A DNA stretch of 64,000 nt from a virus. The notes under the pieces were generated by a model that was not told where the DNA came from, searched no databases, and saw only the letters and a program-made list of their open reading frames with translations. The stretch covers positions 32,001-96,000 of IMG/VR virus record IMGVR_UViG_3300028044_000003; one strand, written 5' to 3'. Made by a program: the position numbers and the translations under genes. Numbering within the stretch: position 1 is the first letter of the stretch; each line of letters opens with the position of its first letter. This document shows, piece after piece, positions 58,401-64,000 of this stretch.

Positions 58401-59364
58401 ACATTAACGGAGTACCGGATACATACAAGTTACTTACGACACTTCTAATAGCAGCTTCGTATAAATTATTTAATAGAATATTTGGCCTTTCTACATTTAT
58501 ATTTGTAGTTTCTCTATTAAAACTAGGATTATCAGAAGCTTTTTTTAAAGCTATATTATCATCTGGTATATTAGAAAGTTTTGGATTAGATTCTGTTCCG
58601 GGTAACATATAAGCCATATCGGTAAATATTACCTTACCTTGTTTAATATAATAGTAAGGTTTAAAACCCTCTTCCCACTTAGAACTGTTTGGTAATTTAA
58701 CTAAATAAGGGGCCGTTATATTAACAGTACTTGATATATTAAATATATTATGAGGAATTACTCTGTAATTAGACGCTTTATTTTCTTGACCTAATAAAAT
58801 TTGAACATCGTTTGATGGATCAATAGTTCTATCGTAAAGACTGATATCTCTTTTTAAGTCACTTAACTGAAGAACTATTGTTTGGTTTTTTATATAACTC
58901 TTACTTAGTTCTTCTAAAGCTTTTACTGATTTATTATCTTCATTTTTTTTTATTTCTTCTTGAAGAGCTAATTCTTCATTTACTGAATTAATATTAGCAA
59001 TACTAATTACATCTTGTGATTCGCTAACATAACTAGCAACTTCTGATAATCCATCTACAGAATCAAATTTTAGTTTAAGTTGATTTATTATGTCTAGAGA
59101 TAAACCAGAAGCGTCAAATCTTTTAGTAAACTCTTCATTAGCACCATAAACATTTAGTATACCGGAAGGTATTAACTTAACATAAGCTAGGGCTAATACT
59201 GGCGCTTTACCTTTACTAAGGTAAGCGTTATAAATAAACTTCATAAAATCTTCTAGATCATAATTATCAGAAAGTTCATTTTGTAATAGTCCGATAATAT
59301 TATCTAATGTTTTTTTTTTCTCTTGGTCTGTTAATCTAATTTCCAGACTACAATTATTACTCAT
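46495..59364 (-). CDS. crAss-like virion RNA polymerase with zincin domain and C-terminal accessory domains
   Basis: 4289 aa; GVRIPVQ and SGSDFDVDK (52057-52071); HEAWH; P-loop, AlkB-like and NADAR motifs at the C-terminus. Confidence 0.85.
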   Translation of the reverse strand: MSNNCSLEIRLTDQEKKKTLDNIIGLLQNELSDNYDLEDFMKFIYNAYLSKGKAPVLALAYVKLIPSGILNVYGANEEFTKRFDASGLSLDIINQLKLKFDSVDGLSEVASYVSESQDVISIANINSVNEELALQEEIKKNEDNKSVKALEELSKSYIKNQTIVLQLSDLKRDISLYDRTIDPSNDVQILLGQENKASNYRVIPHNIFNISSTVNITAPYLVKLPNSSKWEEGFKPYYYIKQGKVIFTDMAYMLPGTESNPKLSNIPDDNIALKKASDNPSFNRETTNINVERPNILLNNLYEAAIRSVVSNLYVSGTPLMFDKKVKVIIVKEKNNYYSTFAFEDDTEILFNTDTFDISNKTGQSKKTNPFNLSSFGIDSKVKLSDLVKQDELGIDVIDDTVFNNSKTNVYSTVVIELSKVYNIKGTFKNEQTKEVDSIIKSQLLDLYKTFKYLENKEVGYKESFNIVGGSYGTVIRKDDKNDYTLLSDIDFKVNNVEIPFNYTINNNGEVTIQHQTATLNIPVTIERKELTFDSKYAQNITKLLTEKVTDSSDKVLVNSEIKDIIETFINIKASSGFQLTIKDNNLLLTVNFQSFILKRNNNNDFIFEQVIGNKIEKINKEKFVEALQKYFNGLHGNPKTDKEEDLSDLQIENYKNKPYSFSEGKFLLQGKVVSESQLKVNDVFKFNDKFYVIEKAKLHIKESVRNFMINDFEINDQNQIIDNVISYRSFIKNNFTLPFYTSIDNKVKFYNPYITFENKTILEVKPDEDEDLLSELLGLDKNNTQKALENQLGSDLKQYEERANKWFANHPAARMASDIWKMNDMRSIMNMEKVAEFNRAGVTLYMGSDSTDLYHEAWHIFTQTLLTKEQQDKLYSEARKLPGVFKTHTGSFVKFSKASDLELEEYLAEDFRKYMLTGKGEFVKAPAKKDIFRKIKDLLIELFKNLTTIDLAKGQSSVPYLYNMYEQLNTGKGPLFEQPFSWNNFKRFDSLAYEGPKTYQTDNQKQENILLGGSSVEILSSMDYYFSAVVNNTEINYSSATKTFTKDQLQAIINKYNNLPSDTDEQKIYKDKIYNSIVNLEPVIGKQNYEGNFLTYINDPEKLKKAYQIVKSDLELLRSLTNLQLKNTSTNTDAYSLLLNKFQELSLAIDNFGNLDNILDNLNSSKGGLINYHIRKSNIIPLKAKDLLEEKSKEAAKQPVKENLTQEEQDAIEAEKREQGFSEYADRTGIDKSTQELAFEEIQFMLGTMIDYDIKEDRKVLKVNRYGTPKFIPFNIAWNKAITATQNNLDFDKMYQNIIKRGDKDLTNIFGQIAERLGGIDEIGSDVERFKLQTRFWQSFNKSYIKLLQVNLKRTELGEDVTGWEVTAGKSYGQTSKLKSLWRDNFKTKESIYSIDVKRNDQTYTTKVLNLSQIFKNFNSLDKVKENPISFLHSLGVYVSNTSLIKDSIKLGDSQIGLSQDNLKTILTKISKLKNNNLTVDEFWKESDSENIVDLSYLFENYAKLEATYGETNLSFMVLNAEGETQFEHSLNNELTIITNTINEVNTYQELITLPWMSHFDIKRNPDAKRSIVLKSLFEEITDENGLKTFGNKLKESNFQNAANVKLDLQNLSGTAIYDDEEFSKGIALASADPTTKRVSDIALAIKLGIFELPRHSDKSTSYSYSLTKVLGSNSRAYIDLDTFIKDKNTGTQTFTNILIGYLNAELDRIKILRDLDKSTNAVFDWKYAQRGSDFLMFKDILRKDTKEELLTLLENKEYLKTSELEEYLNSKDLVLLSKIQTDITNYFNKGYKADILNPLTDLITNKKLSIGFSESLLNDKKLSNLNIYERFDVISRFMFANTFINNVEAYTIFYGNVASFEHTKQEANKRIAGAGSTGNIYRTDKKALSFINNLRTTVKPNNRFSTYAQKLGVEYDELFDGTMNTAVLQDETVKSDYAAAFEEILGSKKASKYTGKEESTNAQGYITFDKYRELNYLKGTWSNDQDVLYNKILNGDTVNLEDILEFFPVMKDQYYGPLITNGLPITAFHKYSLMPLIPSVIGENSILKELHDKLTRENIGYVTFISGSKVGTLSRKDNPDKYLNEAGNTLSNNNNFEYTKNTIHLKYLKNQVDIAPKFKKKVIFASQLRKLVAESLMVNGVPADYKINEGLSLEDRISLWNSEPKEIKLQSKEYRLLQDYNRVVNDLTEAKKKELLNEIGWEIKNGKPSGKLINLVEFVKKELTRQEIADYELDFLNFSATELNNVDFSLTPQAEKIEKLITSLVVRKLITQKVKGEGLIQVSSVGWQQSGFKKPDQKDILKYGTNGLRFYHKGKDGTVSMQVKIAIQGDFEKLLYLKEVAVYDEVKDENGKPKKELNYKASLANLNKLIKNETWLNTGSNRKMITMIGVRIPVQGHNSMEFMEVAEFLPKEAGNIIIPPIEIVVKSGSDFDVDKLNVTMPNLSIKDGVVKYDTSENTVKGLENNLINVVKDILALDSNFKSLITPNDTDIAKPEATRMASKSKKYNPFRNKTIDGFLGTEEKPLIAETKIFEYGYNLHSHTSNSVGKQALGLGAVDNTFNTLFNIVGMYMNPTRTNNTVPKRLPQRLLIPHRSLIVDNEKAISLSDVTDVNGVNRIADVISQLINGWVDVAKDPWIFNIQGNKEAAPKILFLVQAGVPFTTIVNFMSQPIIVEYIDSKIAANSLLSETNTSEVKFKIGEELGLSQNDISNPYVKISSIKDRLNLDYNINLDDDGRVLEEVLQNLIDDETQNIEPEVKKLYEQLIFLHYLEVEEMSDKVRAIKLNFNPDTTRPASLYELIEKEQQINKIKKDDSIPLDKIQALEKETMLKSFFIKDYLEAFISKLFPLRNNLELNNFIASDVVKNTLNKDDKEYKVKTFKNHLLTYIFQKEILEFDYTKANSFKGVEVKFKKDTEAKKINYSEFGVIVTKTEDKYTIYIDPITVKKLYRETVQYNKPVDKISDENIKTYRDKSYKGYFTNDKQFAEFLVQRELFRVMFPIETKYKDIEDKVKRVEKYEKWLKNQALRKTYNPRAIFQTVINEDVTESNNYAQRFYNIKNRYPKLVNDYKLVEILNINEFRGYKNLTLKNVQLTKDLLQVLNYELNQLKDPTVKKVENVQINRAISEFFEEFEIVALLQSGFISGTQFTLTRLVNPQRYLDVLNPKVINKYIRSISDNQNILTDYNVLLNRFFGSRTKNYSADFLSNNTDIIIDKYITIKDEYRGKVIYLTPGSGKTTFKSKNPLSVIDADDITIEEIYKVVPEFKTTETTPQGIILDFSKKYSYKNDEVKERVRGRLKEFAKRGYTVLTGSLHHLPVVDLFFTITNEVQLLKRFKTLEELRKYQVKELEAINKVLAGKGLEKISEISATSDFISEIKVVSPDYGVVKVDTNPTKVDTQEIINLIAPQIQRQAYKENVGVNANWQFSFGRMWSRVNLKAKPLLINSFAGVEKTKQQIAALKKAGLTVDKSKYIYDYHELDQNGNPLPPISDLQPLIDKIQNALGLDMSDYDSILGNIYLDNQSIAPHRDTTEAKSAKGYPVVVYTIGNNSGLGIWDDNKGKITFQGAYKEDYQGRKPTNEIATKDGTIYTFGMDGKGRFALSHTTPLGNIKKNPYPPIKLSDGRVITNYTITLTFRRAADLEPGIPATPAKLTTQPQVILTAEEIYSDINKDNLIQSENVILPKDLEENTEYTGKNFWNDIVPEAKSMFDYKFPGKKPMLIAYRGNKKKTFLQNYKDGNTVGNPFDFADETGTRKEQGIKSTKKFIEWMITGNNFGNTNATKEYRQAIINDIKSSKIIKSPILYYEEKNYATHATALDYLINKYDWGTEVKPQEEDESESVKIISQSDIDAYNQYVEKSDGKMPKEFFTTNTRFKEFYNKSTGKREKAPQSSKWILQDNDLYNLVDKETGEVYISNVDLKTGMKMTSKILESNPLVAAGIKINIYAGTGENAELSNFAIRPFIHLGINFDSVEQAFQYYKTEFSPKNENNRAVGSVIKDTKDGKRLRELGKEFKGLDQKVWDNMSPTIMKALLKDSFQQNPDALAKLLATGNAELTHKYNGIEQDKGRFSKLLMEVRGELKSIQFTQPSVTTKVTPVNVSPISKIQSLKELLTDVSTDQSIFFDTVKPLKENIFEYRDNNAMENVYSMFPGALFLVDGVGVTEKIPNKPNVIKFDILKTNLKDVRNDKGILVANPKLKTDVDNFITQLREDIQDKSLMLSSSGYGQSLNKDDYRGGFLYLSNELLKNFGYYNPGFIIETSSQKLKDIVTSQQPVSDQDVISNFVTCFK

Positions 59365-59367
59365 TTA

Positions 59368-62300
59368 TTAACAAGGTTGTATGTTATCTAAAAAAACAGT
59401 TCTATTTGCAATTACTTTATTAGGTTGAACGCTTACTATTCCAGGATCTTGAGCGTTAGTCTCATCTTGTTTAGTAATAGTTATTTCTTCAGGTTTTACT
59501 ATATTTTGTGCTAATTCTAGTTTATTTACTTTCTCAGGAGTTCCTGTAATTTCAGCTATACCGTTTACAATCTTAACCTTTTGTATCATAACATTTACCG
59601 GATTTACTTTTATTATTTGATAAGTTATACCGCCGGTTAAAGTTACATTCTTATTCTTTTCAATCATAGGAGCTACCTCTAATATTTTTACAGCTTGATC
59701 ATATATTTCGTTAACGTAAGTTCTTTGTTCTTCGGTAGCGTTAGTATTATAATTTATATCACTAACTATAGCGTTAGCTTGTTCAAAAAGTTTTTCGTCT
59801 AACTTACTTTGAGCTTCTCTTAAAAGAGTAACTATTTCATCAATTTGTTTTAAAACCTGTTCTTTTAATTTTGCTCTAGCTTCTGATAATGTTTGCTCCT
59901 GTTCTTTTGAAAGCAGTGCACCTTGGTTTTTATTTTGTTCAATATTTACTATTGCATTAGCAACTTGTTCTGGTTTAGTTGCTTCTGATAAACTATTAAA
60001 CCCTTTTGTTAATTGCTTTTGACCAAGTTCAGTTAATTCTTCTTGTCTTCTTCTCTCTATATCAGCTTTAGTAGCTGTACCTGAAGCAGCTAGTTCTGCA
60101 TCAGCTATATGTTTATCTAATTTAGCTTTTTCTGCTACAAAGAATGCATCTGCATCAGCTTTGTTGTTAAAAGTTATAACTTCAATTTTTGGTGCTTTTG
60201 TCTGAACACCATTTTCCATCTCACCATATTCTTTAATTTTACTTATAACTTCATAACCTAATCCATTGTCATCTGCTATTGTTTTATCAAAATTAATCGC
60301 AAGTCTTTCAACAACGCTGATAATTGCTAATATATCATCATATTTATCTCCTATTTTAATTCCTTTAGGTGAATCCTTATGAATAGGAGTACCTTTAGTC
60401 ATTTTTTTATATTGTTCTTTTTGTTTTTCTATATTAGCTTTCTTATCAGAAACAGGAGCTGTAGGAGCTGGTGTAACAACAGAAGCTGGTGTTACAACTT
60501 CTTCTTCAGTTTTTGTTACAGGAGCTTGTTCTTCTACAACTTCTAAAGAAGGTTTAGATATTTTCTGATCGTCTGGTTTATTCTCATTGTATTTATCAAT
60601 CAATTCTTGACCGGCCGGTGAGTAAAGAGCGAAATAATATCTTAAAACATTTGTTGGAGTAGTACCTTTTGGATCTTTACCGTATACTTCTTTTATATAC
60701 TCACCTAATGGTTTATTATAAATAGATTTATATATAGTATCTAGTTCTTTAAATAGTTGTACAAACTCTTGATTTATTTGTTCATCAATACGTTTAAGCT
60801 GTAAAGTTTTTGAAAGCTCATCAAGTTCTTTATCTGAAGCACCAATACGTAATTTTTTTAAAGCGGTTTTTTGGTTTTCATCTAAATCATCAAACTCGAT
60901 TATAGAATAATTATTACGTTGTATTTTTAATAAAACAGACGAATTAATATTCTTTAGTTTTTCTATAATCGATTTAGCTTCTTTTTCAGCAGCTTCTTTT
61001 ACAGCTTGTTCGGCTTTAACTTCTTCTTCTAATATTTCAGCTATTATAGCCTGGGCTTCGTCATATCTTGGTGTACCAGGTTGAACTAAGGTTCTAGTAT
61101 TACTATCGTAAATTTCTGTAGGTATTACGTTATTACGAACGTAGTTATTAATCTGATCAGCTAATAAAAAGAAGTTTTTCTCATCTAACTTAGTGAGTAA
61201 TAGATTATTTACTTTTTCGATTCTCTTAAACTCATCGTAACCTTTATCTATTTGGTTTTTATACTTTTCAGCAGTTCTTAAAGTTAAGAATCTTCTAGAA
61301 TTAACGACATCATAAAACCATTCAGGAGAATCTAAAATGTTAATTTGGTTAGCGAAATCTAAACTATCTTCTGTAAGAACATGGGTATCCATCAAATCAA
61401 TAAAAGACTTTTTAATTTGATCGTTAAATACGGGCTGACCTTTTCTCTTAGCGTTTTGATTTAAGTAATCCTTGTATAAGTTAAATAATAATCTTTCGTT
61501 CTCTTCTAAACCATCTATGTCGTCTTTACTTATTTGTTTTCTTTCAGCTATACCGTTCCAGAATTTATTTAACAAATCTAACTTAGATTCTAATTTTGAA
61601 ACTTCTTTAGTGTCTGGTTTTTCAGCTAGTTTTAAAGATTGTATTTGGTTACCTAAAACAACCATTTCACTAGTTCCTAACATTTCATCGGCCAGGGTAT
61701 TAAAATCAAAGTCCGAAAGATCCTTGAGTTTATTATCCGAGTTTAAATTACGTAGTATAGATTCTTTTCTTTCCAGGGATCTTTGAAAAGCGTTACGATT
61801 AAATAATAACATTTTAACCGCGAAGTCATGATATCTAGAAAGTTTAATACTGTCTTCTATGGCTGGACCCTCACCAGAATCTCGAACATTTAAAATATCA
61901 GGTTTTATCCACTTTTTATTTATGTCTTTATATTGTTGATCTAGATTACTAATCTGATTTAGAGAAGAATCTAATCTTTTACGTAGCGCAGATACATCGG
62001 CCATATCTACTTCAAACGCTTCTGATAACTCTTCATCTTTCATAGTCTTGAAAGAACTTACAGCATCAGTTAATAATTCTGTTCTACCATTTCTTAAAAG
62101 ATTGAACGTATGTTCGAATAATAAATCGTCCTGAGCGTTTTGGAAAGCTCCTTGTCTACCTTCTAAGATAGCTCTGTCCATTGTCTCAGCAGCAGCTTTT
62201 ACTCTAACAGCGTTTTCTAAATTATTCTCAGTAAACCCTAGAATATTTTTTAATAAAACGTTAGCTGAGTTCATATTCTCAACTTCTTTCTGTTCAGCTC

Positions 62301-63999
62301 TTTCTATTGTTTGTTTATACTGTTCAGGTTTTGTGTATTGAAATATCTTTTTAGGGATATAACTTGTTACTAAAGTTTGTGGACCCTGGATCAATCCGCC
62401 CATTAAGAACCCGCTAGCAAAAACTTCTAACCCTTGTTTAGATATTTGTGAGTTTACAGCTTTGGACGCACTTTCTATAAACCCGGCGTAAGCTGGATCA
62501 CTATAAACAGACGTATAATAATCTTCAATACCTGCAGCTAACCCTTCTTGGTATAGTTCTTGAACACCTTCTCCTACATTAGCTTTTACATATCTTAAAG
62601 ACCACGGTGTAACACCTTTTGTAATAACCGATGTAGCTTTATCTCTAAAAGTCTTTACCCCTTGTTGGTAAAAATCTTTACCGAGTTTCCAATCGGCCGC
62701 TTGTTTAAATACATTTTGTGAAGTTTCACCGGCAATAGTTCCTGCGGTTTTAGCAAACGTAGGAAATAGTTTACTAAAGTTTGGTAATACTATTTTATTA
62801 GTGTAAAGTATTATAGGTAAATTATATAAAGTAGTATTGGCTTTAGCTTCGTTTATGTTGTTATAAATTTTATCAGCAGCTTCCCCCTCCGGCATAATAC
62901 CGTTCTTTTCGTAGTAATCTGATATAAACTTATCACCTAGTTCTTTTTTAACCATTCCCCCTTCAAGAGCACCTTCACTATAAGCTACATATATGTTTCT
63001 CATATCTACATAAAACGAACCAACTCCTCGGCCCATTAACGCGTAGTTTTTAGTCAGATCTGTTGTTTTCTTTAAATCACTAAGACCTTTTATAAACTGA
63101 GTAGATTCTTCAAGAGGGTTTAAAAATTTACCTACAGCTACTGTTCCATTTTTAGCCATATTATAAAAATCCCTGGCGTTATCTACTTTATTCAGATTCC
63201 TAACGAAGTTTAAAGATTGAGATGTTAGTTTTAAACCCTGAGCTATTTTACCAAGTCCGTATATATTTCTGGTTACTCCAGTTGTAGCTGCAGCAACGGC
63301 TGCACCTTGACCTCCAGGAATCAAACTTAATCCAAAAGTTGTACCAGCAATCGCTAGGTTTTCAGCAGTTAACGCTGTTACTAAACCTACAGTGTAAGCT
63401 GAGTTTAGTACCAAGTTATTAGCAAAACCAGCTATACCACCTCTTGTAGAAGCTCCTTGATTATTAGCATCTATAAACTCTCTCGCCATTTGGTCTGAAC
63501 CACCATCATAAGCAGCTCCGAATAAAATAGATGATTTAAAAGCTGTACCGAATAAGTTTTTCCAAGCACCAAACGTTCTTCCGAAATCATCCCAGGCTGA
63601 AGAGTTTTCGTTGTAAAAAGTTTCATTATCTCTAAAAGGAGAAAATCCTAAATCTTTATAACGAGGATGGTTATAGAAACGATAGAAGTTTTCATTCATC
63701 TCGTTAGAACCCCACGCAAAAGGTTTAGCTTTTTCGTAAGGGTTAGCTGACCATTTATCGGCTTGACTTACGTAATCTGAAAATATTTCACCAAACGAGT
63801 TAGTATTATCAGAAGTTATTCCTGGATTAGGACCAGACATAACATCGCCCTGAAGATTTAACTTAACAGTTCCTGACCCAGGCTCACCTTCAATATTAGG
63901 TAATATAGGAACAGGCGCATTATCTGTAGGAATAATAGGTGCCGTTTGTTGTGGTATAATACCTTCGTTTTTTAGAACATCTAAAAAATCAGCAGAACC
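59368..63999 (-). CDS. giant virion/ejection protein, 5'-truncated by the window edge
   Basis: frame stays open from 63840 to the window end; Gly/Ala-rich hydrophobic helices, EGALEG, EGVQELYQE. Confidence 0.75.
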   Translation of the reverse strand, partial: GSADFLDVLKNEGIIPQQTAPIIPTDNAPVPILPNIEGEPGSGTVKLNLQGDVMSGPNPGITSDNTNSFGEIFSDYVSQADKWSANPYEKAKPFAWGSNEMNENFYRFYNHPRYKDLGFSPFRDNETFYNENSSAWDDFGRTFGAWKNLFGTAFKSSILFGAAYDGGSDQMAREFIDANNQGASTRGGIAGFANNLVLNSAYTVGLVTALTAENLAIAGTTFGLSLIPGGQGAAVAAATTGVTRNIYGLGKIAQGLKLTSQSLNFVRNLNKVDNARDFYNMAKNGTVAVGKFLNPLEESTQFIKGLSDLKKTTDLTKNYALMGRGVGSFYVDMRNIYVAYSEGALEGGMVKKELGDKFISDYYEKNGIMPEGEAADKIYNNINEAKANTTLYNLPIILYTNKIVLPNFSKLFPTFAKTAGTIAGETSQNVFKQAADWKLGKDFYQQGVKTFRDKATSVITKGVTPWSLRYVKANVGEGVQELYQEGLAAGIEDYYTSVYSDPAYAGFIESASKAVNSQISKQGLEVFASGFLMGGLIQGPQTLVTSYIPKKIFQYTKPEQYKQTIERAEQKEVENMNSANVLLKNILGFTENNLENAVRVKAAAETMDRAILEGRQGAFQNAQDDLLFEHTFNLLRNGRTELLTDAVSSFKTMKDEELSEAFEVDMADVSALRKRLDSSLNQISNLDQQYKDINKKWIKPDILNVRDSGEGPAIEDSIKLSRYHDFAVKMLLFNRNAFQRSLERKESILRNLNSDNKLKDLSDFDFNTLADEMLGTSEMVVLGNQIQSLKLAEKPDTKEVSKLESKLDLLNKFWNGIAERKQISKDDIDGLEENERLLFNLYKDYLNQNAKRKGQPVFNDQIKKSFIDLMDTHVLTEDSLDFANQINILDSPEWFYDVVNSRRFLTLRTAEKYKNQIDKGYDEFKRIEKVNNLLLTKLDEKNFFLLADQINNYVRNNVIPTEIYDSNTRTLVQPGTPRYDEAQAIIAEILEEEVKAEQAVKEAAEKEAKSIIEKLKNINSSVLLKIQRNNYSIIEFDDLDENQKTALKKLRIGASDKELDELSKTLQLKRIDEQINQEFVQLFKELDTIYKSIYNKPLGEYIKEVYGKDPKGTTPTNVLRYYFALYSPAGQELIDKYNENKPDDQKISKPSLEVVEEQAPVTKTEEEVVTPASVVTPAPTAPVSDKKANIEKQKEQYKKMTKGTPIHKDSPKGIKIGDKYDDILAIISVVERLAINFDKTIADDNGLGYEVISKIKEYGEMENGVQTKAPKIEVITFNNKADADAFFVAEKAKLDKHIADAELAASGTATKADIERRRQEELTELGQKQLTKGFNSLSEATKPEQVANAIVNIEQNKNQGALLSKEQEQTLSEARAKLKEQVLKQIDEIVTLLREAQSKLDEKLFEQANAIVSDINYNTNATEEQRTYVNEIYDQAVKILEVAPMIEKNKNVTLTGGITYQIIKVNPVNVMIQKVKIVNGIAEITGTPEKVNKLELAQNIVKPEEITITKQDETNAQDPGIVSVQPNKVIANRTVFLDNIQPC

Positions 64000-64000
64000 G

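Noticed and set aside
1120-61786. Short ORFs nested antisense or out of frame within long genes (for example 1530..1754, 14731..15138, 51824..52285, 61472..61786)
   Set aside because: They are shadow frames of well-supported genes and show no motifs of their own.

Overview
AT-rich bacteriophage DNA with the layout of a crAss-like (Crassvirales-type) phage, probably of a Bacteroidota host, read in the standard genetic code. Bases 1-37155 are a plus-strand early and replication arm. It starts with small genes behind a repeated promoter-like motif and continues through a DUF2828/TROVE-like vWA gene, a WGR-fused DNA ligase, SF2 helicase, Ung, DnaB, Sak4-like ATPase, primase, dUTPase, RuvC-like resolvase, a MoxR/vWA module and a family B DNA polymerase. 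It meets three giant minus-strand virion proteins at a terminator; the middle one carries the DFDVD catalytic motif of the crAss-type virion RNA polymerase. Five observations stand out. (1) Three covarying 7-bp-stem 'TCAGCA' RNAs, two with anticodon-loop mimics, and a mini-tRNA lie upstream of the Ro60/TROVE-like gene, suggesting a tRNA-mimic RNP system. (2) An 823-bp circularly permuted gene cassette with one attC-like palindrome has integrated into a radical-SAM gene through a 14-bp microhomology. (3) The giant virion proteins carry accessory enzyme modules (nucleotidyltransferase, ART, AlkB, NADAR), some bounded by DNA repeats. (4) A MoxR ATPase carries a very long in-register beta-hairpin insert. 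(5) A two-copy structured leader ends exactly 15 nt before two unrelated start codons. All family calls come from motif recognition by eye; no database search was run.
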